Assembly: GCA_036560485.1 (NCBI GenBank)
Contig: DATBRC010000065.1
Span: 1,020 to 65,019 of the forward strand
Direction: 5' to 3'
Source of the DNA: Burkholderiaceae bacterium
GTDB lineage: Bacteria; Pseudomonadota; Gammaproteobacteria; Burkholderiales; Burkholderiaceae_D
Length of the DNA: 64,000 nt
Shown here: piece by piece, positions 30,268 through 38,964 of the stretch
How positions within the stretch are numbered: position 1 is the stretch's first letter
Layout: each line of letters begins with the position of its first letter
The notes under the pieces: generated by a model
The model's input: only the letters and a program-made list of their open reading frames with translations
Database searches by the model: none
What the model was told of the DNA's origin: nothing
Program-made: the position numbers and the translations under genes

Positions 30268-31596
30268 TTAAATAACGGTAGCTGTTCTGGCCTCATTGCG
30301 CAGGAATCGTTCTTCAATTTCTGCCCGCGTTTTCAACCCGCGTACATCATTCGGCATCACCAGCACGCTGGCATTACCGATAATCTTGTTATGAAAAAGA
30401 TCGTCATGCGCTTGCGCCAATTGATCGTATGAATAAGTATGCGTGTTGATCACATCGATCTTCTTTTTTGAAATCAAGGTATTCGCCTGTCGGCAATCCA
30501 TGAAGTTTGCATAGTGCGAACCGATAATGCGCTTTTGCTGCATCCATAAATGACGCACATCGAAATTCAAATCGTAGCCGGTCGTCGCACCGCAAATAAC
30601 GATGCGACCAAAGCGAGCGGCCAAAAATACTGACGTTGCGAAAGTCTCGCGACCAGAGTGCTCGAATACGATATCAGGCGAACGCTTTTCACCACAGATG
30701 TCCCATATTTTTTTGCCGATCGCTTTCATCATCTGCGCTCTGCGGGTATTGTTTGCGGCAGTTTCGTATTGGTTGAATTCCACATCCTGGATTTCATAAC
30801 CCTTGAATTCAGTACGATTGATGTATCCAAGCGCACCCAATTTCTTGCAGAACTCGCCCTTCTCTTCGCTTGATACCACGGCGATTGCATCCGCACCTAC
30901 TTCACGGCATAACTGGATCGCATACGTGCCCAAGCCCCCTGCACCACCCCAGATCAATGCCAATTCGCCTGCCTTGAGTCCGCCATTAGTAATCAGCATG
31001 CGGTATGCAGTGAAATAGGTCAGCACATAGGACGCGGCATCTTCCCAGGATAGGTGGGCAGGCTTTGGAAGGATTTGCTGAGCTTGCGCAGACACAAATT
31101 GCGCAAAACTGCCGTCCGGCGTTTCATAACCCATGATCGCGACGTTGTGCCCGCTCATCGGATCGAACGATATGAAATTGGGATTGTTCAAGCCGCCATT
31201 GCCATGTTCCAGACATTGCTTGAAACAAGTGACGATGACTTCATCGCCGATCTTGCAGTTCTTCACATTCTTGCCGATCTTCCAGACAATGCCGGATGCA
31301 TCCGATCCGGGAATATGGTATTCCTTCTCGTGCAGATTAAATATGCTGATCGGTTGTCCCAGACCTGCCCATACCGTGTTGTAGTTGACGCCAACCGCCA
31401 TGACACGCACCAGCACATCATTGTCACCAACATCAGGAACAGGAAGGATCTTTTGCACCAATGCGTGCAATGGCTCACCAAAACGATTTTTCTGAATCAC
31501 CCATGCATGCATTTGATTTGGCACGACACCAAGCGCGCCATACTCCTGCAAAGCATAGATGTGAGGGTTCGTATTGCTTGAAGTAAGATTATTCAT
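30268..31596 (-). CDS. ccr: Crotonyl-CoA carboxylase/reductase family enzyme (CCR/ECR)
   Basis: 442 aa that I can align along its length with Streptomyces CCR from memory (MHAWVIQK..., VMAVGVNYNTVWAGLG, GSDASGIVW, GYETPDGSFAQF, VFEHSGRETF, FDVRHLWMQQKRIIGSHYAN). Confidence 0.85.
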   Translation of the reverse strand: MNNLTSSNTNPHIYALQEYGALGVVPNQMHAWVIQKNRFGEPLHALVQKILPVPDVGDNDVLVRVMAVGVNYNTVWAGLGQPISIFNLHEKEYHIPGSDASGIVWKIGKNVKNCKIGDEVIVTCFKQCLEHGNGGLNNPNFISFDPMSGHNVAIMGYETPDGSFAQFVSAQAQQILPKPAHLSWEDAASYVLTYFTAYRMLITNGGLKAGELALIWGGAGGLGTYAIQLCREVGADAIAVVSSEEKGEFCKKLGALGYINRTEFKGYEIQDVEFNQYETAANNTRRAQMMKAIGKKIWDICGEKRSPDIVFEHSGRETFATSVFLAARFGRIVICGATTGYDLNFDVRHLWMQQKRIIGSHYANFMDCRQANTLISKKKIDVINTHTYSYDQLAQAHDDLFHNKIIGNASVLVMPNDVRGLKTRAEIEERFLRNEARTATVI

Positions 31597-31618
31597 GTTA
31601 TCTATACTGCTTCATATT

Positions 31619-34600
31619 TCAAACTGTTATTTGTAAAACCGGCGCATGAATTGACTTGGTTAATTCAATCAAGTTCTTCTGATAGCGTTGCGCAAGCTTT
31701 TCAATATCGGTTATTGCAAACCGGCTCTTGTCGAATGCAAATCTTACCCAGGTTTTTTCTTCCGGAACGATAAAAACACGCAAAGGAAATTGCCAGCCGT
31801 CCGTCCACAATGCCGCAATGGTTTTAATCGGCAGCTCAACTCCGCCAGAATCTGCTCTCGGAATATTCTCGAAAATAAAATTGCTTGAATAAAGGTTGTC
31901 ATTCCCGGTATGTCCAATTGCATTGGCAATCTGCTTCAACGACGGCAGGTTATGCGTTTGTGCTTGGGCATTTGCTCTATGTACAACTTGCAAAAGCTGT
32001 GCCACCGTCATATCCGAAGCTAATGACACACGAACAGGAAGTGAATTGGTGCACTGTCCGATAATTTCTGTAATGCCGTCGAAATCCGCCGAGCGTCCGG
32101 ATACCGTTGCGCCATATACGACATCGTTGGCGCCACTCAACTGCGCCAATGAGAGTGCCCATGCGGCCTGAAATACCGCGTTGCTGGTTGTTTGACTCGC
32201 CCTGGCAGTTTCCTGAACCGAGTTGAGCAAATTATCATCAATGACGAGTTGAGATTCTGCATAAGAATCTTCTGCCTTCGTTATTGAAGAAGAGGCAGAC
32301 ATCAAGCTTTGCAATGGTTCAACGTGGCGATAACCATCGAACGCCTTGCGCCAATGGAGCAGTGCGTCATCGAGTGACTGTCGCTCCAACCAATCGATAT
32401 AGCGTCCAAAATCAGCTTGATTCTGCATTGCCGGCAGATCTTTACCCGATACCATGCTCATCAAACACATGATTAAATCCTTGCTCAACAAACTGGATGT
32501 CCAGCCATCGAGAATGATTTGATGATTCGACATGACGATTGCGAAGCGTCCTGCTTGTGGCGACAGCATGACCCAGTACAGCCGCAATGCTGGCGCCTTC
32601 GACAAATCGTAACGAGTCAATCGATCCTTGACCTGCAATTGCATCAGCGCTTGCTGTTGGCCGGCTTCATCGAGATGTGAATAATCGAGTTCAATCAATG
32701 CAAAATCAGCATGCTTGCAAACGACCTGCGCAGGTTCGCCATTGACATCATGCATGAAGCGTGTACGCAGCACTTTATGACGCGCTACCAGTGCTTGCCA
32801 AACGGCTTGCAGCAGCCTCTTGTCTATCGGCCCTTCCATCACCGTCACTGCCTGCGTAACGTTAGCCAAGGGTTTGCTTTCATCGCTGTAACGCCGATAA
32901 ATCTCAGATTGAAAAGCAGTGAGACCGTAGCAATCTTCAATCTGATCGGCACTGATACCGCATGCCTGCAAAGTCGCATCCGATATCTTATGGCGGGAAC
33001 CTGATGATTGAATTGCATTCCAATCGGCATTGGACAGCGCCTGCAAATTTTCAATCAAAGTGTTCAGCAAACCTTGAATCGTCGCCTCATGATATTGCTT
33101 CTTGCTGAAGTTCCAGTTCAGCGCGATTTGTCCATTCTGGCTATAGGCAATGACATCATGCTGATAAAGCCGTTGGTTGGAAGGATCGCGCAGTGTGCGG
33201 ATCGCATCTTGCGCGTCAGTGGTCATGCCGCCGGCAATCAATTGATTGATCTGGCCGATGTAATTTAAAGAGATTGCCGCTGCCGGTATTTGCGACAACA
33301 TCTTCCTGACAGTCAGGTCGTCATGCAAAGTCTTCAGCCATGCGAGACTTAACCCTTGTTGTGGAACGGATTGAATCTGTGACTTGAGTGAAGCAAGTTG
33401 CGACGTTAATGGCGATGCAGATAATTTCAACGGGATCGGGCTGCCTGTGCCGAACCAGCCGACTGTTCTGGAAAAATCCATAGTATCGAAATCCGGCCGG
33501 CCGTGGTGCACCATATCAATAATAACGTTCGGCTGTTGCTGCCAGTCGCTTATGGTTTTGGCCAGCACCGCAAGCAACAGTTCATTGATCTTCAAGCCAG
33601 TATGCTTGGCTGCCTGCTGTGATAATCGTTGCGTGGAATCAGCATCCAGCGAAGCGGACAATGACGCAATATCGCCCTCCAGATTCGAGCCTCGCGCAAT
33701 ATCGATAGACATTTCACACGGTATCTTCGCTACCTCACCGGCAACATTTTGCCAATACAGAAGATCGGCTTGCAAAGATGCGACCCTGGTCGGCAAACCG
33801 GTAGAAAAATCCTTATACGATGTTGTCTTGGCCGGCAACAGCTTGGCCATATCGGTTTTTCTATCGGTTGCTGACGCAGCCAAAAGCGTCTGCAAGTCTT
33901 CGATCACAATTCCCAGTGAGATTGCATCCATCACCAGATGATGGAAGAGTAGTGCCAGCTTGTTATGTGCAGAATCCGCCGCTTTGAAATAGGCCAGCTT
34001 GAACAGCGGCCCGTTTTCGATATGCATCTCCGATTGCAGCCGCTGGCAATGCTGTTGTACCTGCTCCGAAAAAGCGCCACCTGTTGTCGAAGTCAGATCA
34101 ACCCATGCAACATGCTGATCGCTATTCGCTGACGTGTAGGTCTGTTGCCATGCGCCCTGCTCGTTACGAACAAAATGCGAACGCAGCACGTCATGTTGTT
34201 CCAGCAAGCACAGCACCACCATCTTCAATGCTGGCTCAGAAATAGTCTGCGTGACATTCAGTAATGCTCCGACATTCCAGTGATCCTTGTTGGACCATGA
34301 CGTGTTCAGGAACTGTTGCTGTATCGGCGAACAAGGCGATGTCCCCATGACCAGCGATTGATCGACGATGACAGCATTTGATTTTTTCAGGTTTTTGACG
34401 ATCTCACCAATAGTCGGTGTCGCGAACATTTGCTTGGTCTCCAGGAACAAGCCCATCTTCTTCGCCTTCACGACGATCTTGACGCCCAACAGCGACTCAC
34501 CGCCCAGCTCGAAGAAATTATCATTCACACCGATCTTGCTGATGCCCAGCGTTTCCTGCCAGATGGATGCCAGCAGCTTTTCTTCGTCGGTGGAAGGCGC

Positions 34601-37600
34601 GACATATTCTGTCGATAAACTGGGCCGCTCGTAGAGCGACAGATTATCCTGGCCTGCCGTTGTGTCTGATTCATTGGTATCGAAATCGGCCAACAGCACG
34701 TCCGACATTTTGCGATTCTTGCGCAGCAGCTTCTGAAAGTCAGTGGTCGAGATAACAGCTTGCGGCTTGCCGGACGATAGCGCACGATAAATGACATCGA
34801 TGCCTTCCATCGGCAGGATGGCAGTCTTGTTATCCTGCTGCTTCTGGCGCAGCACACTGTCATTTTGCGCCTTGACGGCTTGCTGCGGCGTATTCCAGAC
34901 ATCCCAATTGATGCTCACATATCGTGTCGCCGGATCATCCCGATGCGCATGTGCGATCGCATCAAGATAGGCACATGCGCTGACATAGCCCACCAGCCCA
35001 TAACCGGTGGTGGCAACCGACATCGATGAGCAAAGCAGAACGAAATCCAGTTTTTCATTCTTCAATACTTGAAGCAAATTGTCAGTACCAGCGACTTTCG
35101 GCGCCAGCACGGCATCGATGATGTCTTTCGATGTTTCCTTCACCGTCACGAACTCGCCATAACCGGCGCAATGAATCAAGCCATTGATAGCGCCGACATT
35201 CTTACGTATCTGCTCGACTGCATCAGCCAATTGCGCTGCATCGGTTACGTCAGCCTGCACAACCGTGACGGTCGCGCCTTGAGCCTGCAAGGCCTTGATT
35301 CCTTTGATCTGCTCTTTCAGCAGTGCATTCTCGTTTGCATCGGCAAGCAATGCATTCCACTTTTCTTCAGCCGGGAAAGCGCTACGCTGCAGCAATACCA
35401 AACGCGTCTTGTATGCAGCCAATGCTTGTGCATGCACCATGCCGACACCACCCAGACCGCCAGTGATGACGTAGATGCCATTTTGTTTGATATCGACATG
35501 CTGACCTGCATTGTCTTCGGTCACTAAAGGAATGTAATCTTTAACAAAGCGTAAGTTGTTTCTGAGCGCAATGGATGTATGGACTACTGAAGCGCCATTT
35601 TGCGCTGTCAGTATTTGCAACTCATTGAGAACAAACCGTATGAAATCCTCTGGCTTTGTTGTCGCCGCATTCACATCCAGCGTGACAAAACGGATATTCG
35701 GATGTTCATACGGAATGACGTTCGCCGGGCCGGTAATCAACGCCTGTGAGCAATCAACCTGGTCGGCATCCAATATGGCTTCGCGCTGATTGGTAATGCC
35801 GACGATGTTGACCATGTCGCTGTTGTTCGCCTCTAGTGCCTTCGCAAGATAGACGAAACTCAAATGAAGATTGGTGCGCAGTTGATCCTGATCTGTGGCA
35901 GATGACAAACTCCAGCCATGAAAAATTGTTTTGGGTGTCGCGTTTAAATCGATGAGGCGTTTAAGCAATAGTTGATAGTCGTTGCTGTTACCGGCAGCAA
36001 TTTCAAAATTATCTTGATCAATTTCGCTAAACTTTGCTCCCTGCGTCACGCAAACGACACGCGTGCCCTTCGTGCGCAATTGCACAATCACACCCTCACC
36101 ATAACGACGATCGTCAAGCAATGCCAATACTGTGCCTTGATCATCAGCTGCTGCTTGCGCCGGCTTGCGCTCTTCGAGGCGCCAACCTGGTTGCCATAAC
36201 CAATCCGCTATCGGCAGCTTTGCACCAGCGTGCGCAACGTCTTTCCTGTTCTCTACCCAATAACGCTTGCGATCAAACGGATAACCTGGCAAGCCGATGC
36301 GCTTGCGCTTTTCATCGGCATAAAAAGCTTTCCAATCAATGTCGATACCGGCGATCCACAGCTTGCCCATTGTTTCCAGCAAATGCGATTGATCGTCCTT
36401 CTCTTCCTTGATGTGTCTGAGCGTATTCAACAGCACTGCTTCCGATTTTTCCGGCAGTTGAGCGCGGACGAAACTACTAAGCGCATTGCCTGGTCCCATT
36501 TCAAGGAATATCGTATTGTCGTCTTTAAGCAGCATCGCTACGCCGTCAGAGAAAAGAACGGTCCGGCGCAAATGATTTTTCCAGTAATCTGCCGTGCTGA
36601 TTTCGCTTTGTTCGGCCCAGCCACCTGACATGTTCGAGATAAACGGGATCGACGATTTACCGAACTTGACCTTCGATAAGAATTGCCCGAATTCCTGCAT
36701 GATCGGATCGATCATCGGCGAATGACCCGCCGTATCGATCAACAATTTTTGATACTCGATCTGCTTCGCATCCAGCAGTTTGCCAAATTCCAGCATTGGT
36801 GTATGCCGTCCGGCCACAACGCAACGGCCCGGATCATTGATGGTCGCAATCGACACACCATCAATCAACATCGTTTTGACTTGCTCGGCAGGCAATGTCA
36901 CGCTGAACATGCTGCCCTTCTCGATTTTTTCGAATAGAGCGCCTCTGAAGCAAATCAGATCCACTGCCTGTTCCAAAGTGAATATGCCTGCTATGCAGGC
37001 TGCGGTGTATTCGCCCAAACTGTGGCCGATCATTGCATCGGGCTTTACTCCCCATGACATCCACAGTTTGGCCAAGCTGTATTCGACCGCAAACAAAGCA
37101 GCAAAGAAATTTTTCGGCTTTTGCAGAATGACGCTATGCGGTTCGGTGTGTGCGTCATCCGGATAAATCAAATCGATCACATCCAGATCCATCTTGCGCT
37201 TGAACAAGGCAGCACATGTATCCAATGTCTGCTTGAAATATGGCTCCTGCTCATACAGGTCGCGCGCCATATTCACATATTGCGTACCGCCGCCTGGAAA
37301 CATGAATACGATTTTCTTTTGTTTCTCCGGTCTCTTGCCTGCAAATCCTTTGGTCGGCGCAATGTTCGGCGCAATGCGACTTAGTTTTTCTGCGGGCACC
37401 ACGAAAGCGCGGCGAAAGCCAAAACCTTTACGGCCAACTTGCAATGTATAGGCAACATCGGCAATGCTTTCGTCGGAAGTCTTGGCCATGTAAGCAGAAA
37501 GATTTTCCGCCATCCTGTCGAGCGCGCTCGGCGTCTTGGCTGACAAAAGCAATAATTGCCACGATCGGCTTTCCGACGATTCCGCTTCCGGCGCTTCTTC

Positions 37601-38932
37601 CAGCACGATATGCGCGTTGGTGCCGCCGATGCCCAGGGAACTGACACCTGCTCGGGCCGGATATTCACCCGGCTCTATCCGTTCCAATTTATCGATCACA
37701 TAGAACGGACTGTTTGCAATATCCAGCTTCGGATTCGGACTTTCGAAATGCAGACTTTCGGGAATGACCTTGTGCTTGAGCGACAACGCAGCCTTGACGA
37801 TGCTCGCTGCACCGGCAGCTACACCAAGATGGCCGATGTTGGTCTTGACCGAACCGATGCCGCAGAAATTTTTCTTGTCGGTTTCCAGACGGAATGCACG
37901 TGTCAGTGCAGTGAACTCGATCGGGTCACCCAATTCAGTTGCCGTACCATGTGCTTCGATGAAACGGATGCTGTCCGGCTCAACGCCAGCGACAGCCTGC
38001 GCCTCGGCAATGATGTTGGTCTGACCGACTATGCTTGGTGCGGTGTAACCGATTTTTTCCGAACCATCGTTATTGACGGCCGAACCTTTGATCACTGCGT
38101 AGATCGTATCGTTGTCAGCCAGCGCATCATCCAGACGTTTGAGCAAGACAAAGCAGGTGCCTGCACCGCCTACTGTGCCTTTTCCTTTTGCGTCGAACGC
38201 GCGGCAGTATCCATCGGGCGAGCTGTAGCCGCCTTGATGGTAGACATGGCCGGTGCAATTCGGCGTGGCGAGATGCGATCCGCCCGCAAGCGCCATTTTC
38301 GATTCGCCGTTCAACAGGCTTTGGCATGCAAGATGTATGCAAACCAGTGAAGTCGAACAGGCAGTGCCCAGTGCAACGCTAGGACCGTTCAGATTCAGCT
38401 TGTATGAGATGCGCGATGCAAACATGTCCTTGTCGACGCTGATTTGCGTATCCAGCGCATCGCCTCCCGCAGTCGCCTCATCACCCTTGAGCAAATTGAA
38501 AATGAAATACGTGCTCATGTTCACACCGGCAAATACACCGACGCTGCCATTGACTGACTCCGGTGTATAACCGGCATGTTCCAGCGTTTGCCATGCGACT
38601 TCCAATGCAAAGCGATGTTGCGGATCGAGATTGGCCGCTTCGCGCGGGTTCATCTCGAAGAAGTGCGCATCGAACTTGTCCTGATCCGGAATGAATCCAC
38701 CTGCCGGAACAAAATGAGGATCGGCAAGTGCAGCCGGTGCTACGCCCATCTTTGCCAATTCATCCAATGAGAAGCGGGTGATGCAATCTCGCGAGCTGAC
38801 AAGATTGGTCCAGAACTCGTCGACACTATCCGCCATCGGAAAGCGTCCCGCCATGCCGATGATGGCGATATCATTATTCACGTCGTCGTAGTCGTCGTGT
38901 TCTTCGCTTGCGTAATCTTCTTTGGTTGACAT
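31619..38932 (-). CDS. Hybrid PKS/NRPS: KS-AT-KR-PCP-E(like)-C, 2437 aa
   Basis: KS Cys in GTACSTSLV (Cys192, 38357-38359). AT GHSLGE (Ser638, 37019-37021). KR Rossmann ITGGLGGVG. Carrier FFELGGESLL (Ser1480, 34493-34495). HHLVMDAIS (33938-33943). Terminal SNHQIILDGW (32522-32527). Confidence 0.95.
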   Translation of the reverse strand: MSTKEDYASEEHDDYDDVNNDIAIIGMAGRFPMADSVDEFWTNLVSSRDCITRFSLDELAKMGVAPAALADPHFVPAGGFIPDQDKFDAHFFEMNPREAANLDPQHRFALEVAWQTLEHAGYTPESVNGSVGVFAGVNMSTYFIFNLLKGDEATAGGDALDTQISVDKDMFASRISYKLNLNGPSVALGTACSTSLVCIHLACQSLLNGESKMALAGGSHLATPNCTGHVYHQGGYSSPDGYCRAFDAKGKGTVGGAGTCFVLLKRLDDALADNDTIYAVIKGSAVNNDGSEKIGYTAPSIVGQTNIIAEAQAVAGVEPDSIRFIEAHGTATELGDPIEFTALTRAFRLETDKKNFCGIGSVKTNIGHLGVAAGAASIVKAALSLKHKVIPESLHFESPNPKLDIANSPFYVIDKLERIEPGEYPARAGVSSLGIGGTNAHIVLEEAPEAESSESRSWQLLLLSAKTPSALDRMAENLSAYMAKTSDESIADVAYTLQVGRKGFGFRRAFVVPAEKLSRIAPNIAPTKGFAGKRPEKQKKIVFMFPGGGTQYVNMARDLYEQEPYFKQTLDTCAALFKRKMDLDVIDLIYPDDAHTEPHSVILQKPKNFFAALFAVEYSLAKLWMSWGVKPDAMIGHSLGEYTAACIAGIFTLEQAVDLICFRGALFEKIEKGSMFSVTLPAEQVKTMLIDGVSIATINDPGRCVVAGRHTPMLEFGKLLDAKQIEYQKLLIDTAGHSPMIDPIMQEFGQFLSKVKFGKSSIPFISNMSGGWAEQSEISTADYWKNHLRRTVLFSDGVAMLLKDDNTIFLEMGPGNALSSFVRAQLPEKSEAVLLNTLRHIKEEKDDQSHLLETMGKLWIAGIDIDWKAFYADEKRKRIGLPGYPFDRKRYWVENRKDVAHAGAKLPIADWLWQPGWRLEERKPAQAAADDQGTVLALLDDRRYGEGVIVQLRTKGTRVVCVTQGAKFSEIDQDNFEIAAGNSNDYQLLLKRLIDLNATPKTIFHGWSLSSATDQDQLRTNLHLSFVYLAKALEANNSDMVNIVGITNQREAILDADQVDCSQALITGPANVIPYEHPNIRFVTLDVNAATTKPEDFIRFVLNELQILTAQNGASVVHTSIALRNNLRFVKDYIPLVTEDNAGQHVDIKQNGIYVITGGLGGVGMVHAQALAAYKTRLVLLQRSAFPAEEKWNALLADANENALLKEQIKGIKALQAQGATVTVVQADVTDAAQLADAVEQIRKNVGAINGLIHCAGYGEFVTVKETSKDIIDAVLAPKVAGTDNLLQVLKNEKLDFVLLCSSMSVATTGYGLVGYVSACAYLDAIAHAHRDDPATRYVSINWDVWNTPQQAVKAQNDSVLRQKQQDNKTAILPMEGIDVIYRALSSGKPQAVISTTDFQKLLRKNRKMSDVLLADFDTNESDTTAGQDNLSLYERPSLSTEYVAPSTDEEKLLASIWQETLGISKIGVNDNFFELGGESLLGVKIVVKAKKMGLFLETKQMFATPTIGEIVKNLKKSNAVIVDQSLVMGTSPCSPIQQQFLNTSWSNKDHWNVGALLNVTQTISEPALKMVVLCLLEQHDVLRSHFVRNEQGAWQQTYTSANSDQHVAWVDLTSTTGGAFSEQVQQHCQRLQSEMHIENGPLFKLAYFKAADSAHNKLALLFHHLVMDAISLGIVIEDLQTLLAASATDRKTDMAKLLPAKTTSYKDFSTGLPTRVASLQADLLYWQNVAGEVAKIPCEMSIDIARGSNLEGDIASLSASLDADSTQRLSQQAAKHTGLKINELLLAVLAKTISDWQQQPNVIIDMVHHGRPDFDTMDFSRTVGWFGTGSPIPLKLSASPLTSQLASLKSQIQSVPQQGLSLAWLKTLHDDLTVRKMLSQIPAAAISLNYIGQINQLIAGGMTTDAQDAIRTLRDPSNQRLYQHDVIAYSQNGQIALNWNFSKKQYHEATIQGLLNTLIENLQALSNADWNAIQSSGSRHKISDATLQACGISADQIEDCYGLTAFQSEIYRRYSDESKPLANVTQAVTVMEGPIDKRLLQAVWQALVARHKVLRTRFMHDVNGEPAQVVCKHADFALIELDYSHLDEAGQQQALMQLQVKDRLTRYDLSKAPALRLYWVMLSPQAGRFAIVMSNHQIILDGWTSSLLSKDLIMCLMSMVSGKDLPAMQNQADFGRYIDWLERQSLDDALLHWRKAFDGYRHVEPLQSLMSASSSITKAEDSYAESQLVIDDNLLNSVQETARASQTTSNAVFQAAWALSLAQLSGANDVVYGATVSGRSADFDGITEIIGQCTNSLPVRVSLASDMTVAQLLQVVHRANAQAQTHNLPSLKQIANAIGHTGNDNLYSSNFIFENIPRADSGGVELPIKTIAALWTDGWQFPLRVFIVPEEKTWVRFAFDKSRFAITDIEKLAQRYQKNLIELTKSIHAPVLQITV
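31622..32965 (-). other. Terminal condensation domain (DCL-like); last domain of the line
   Basis: IEDCYGLTAFQSEIY and SNHQIILDGWT. The protein ends right after this domain, with no A, T or TE. Confidence 0.7.
32978..34360 (-). other. Epimerisation-like domain lacking the EGHGRE glutamates
   Basis: SPIQQQFL, FHHLVMDAISLG, MVHHGRP (33494-33511) in place of EGHGRE, and SRTVGWFG. Confidence 0.65.
34388..34615 (-). other. NRPS-type carrier (PCP) domain serving the PKS module
   Basis: YVAPSTDEEKLLASIWQETLG...FFELGGESLLGVKIV. This is the PCP-style GGxS motif rather than the ACP-style LGxDS. Confidence 0.75.
34733..36235 (-). other. KR domain incl. structural subdomain (approx. aa 900-1400)
   Basis: GIYVITGGLGGVGMVHAQAL (35401-35480 region). 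Catalytic region SSMSVATTGYGLVGYVSACAYLDA. Confidence 0.65.
36383..37300 (-). other. AT domain (approx. aa 545-850) with a TAGH specificity motif
   Basis: FMFPGGGTQY, GHSLGEYTAA, and IDTAGHSPMI with TAGH at 36722-36733 (aa 734-737). Confidence 0.75.
37598..38875 (-). other. KS domain (approx. aa 20-445)
   Basis: DIAIIGMAGRFP..., GTACSTSLV, EAHGTATELGDP, GSVKTNIGHLGVAAG. Confidence 0.8.
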
Positions 38933-38964
38933 GCTGTCGTTTCGTTTATGAAGGTGATTTGATA

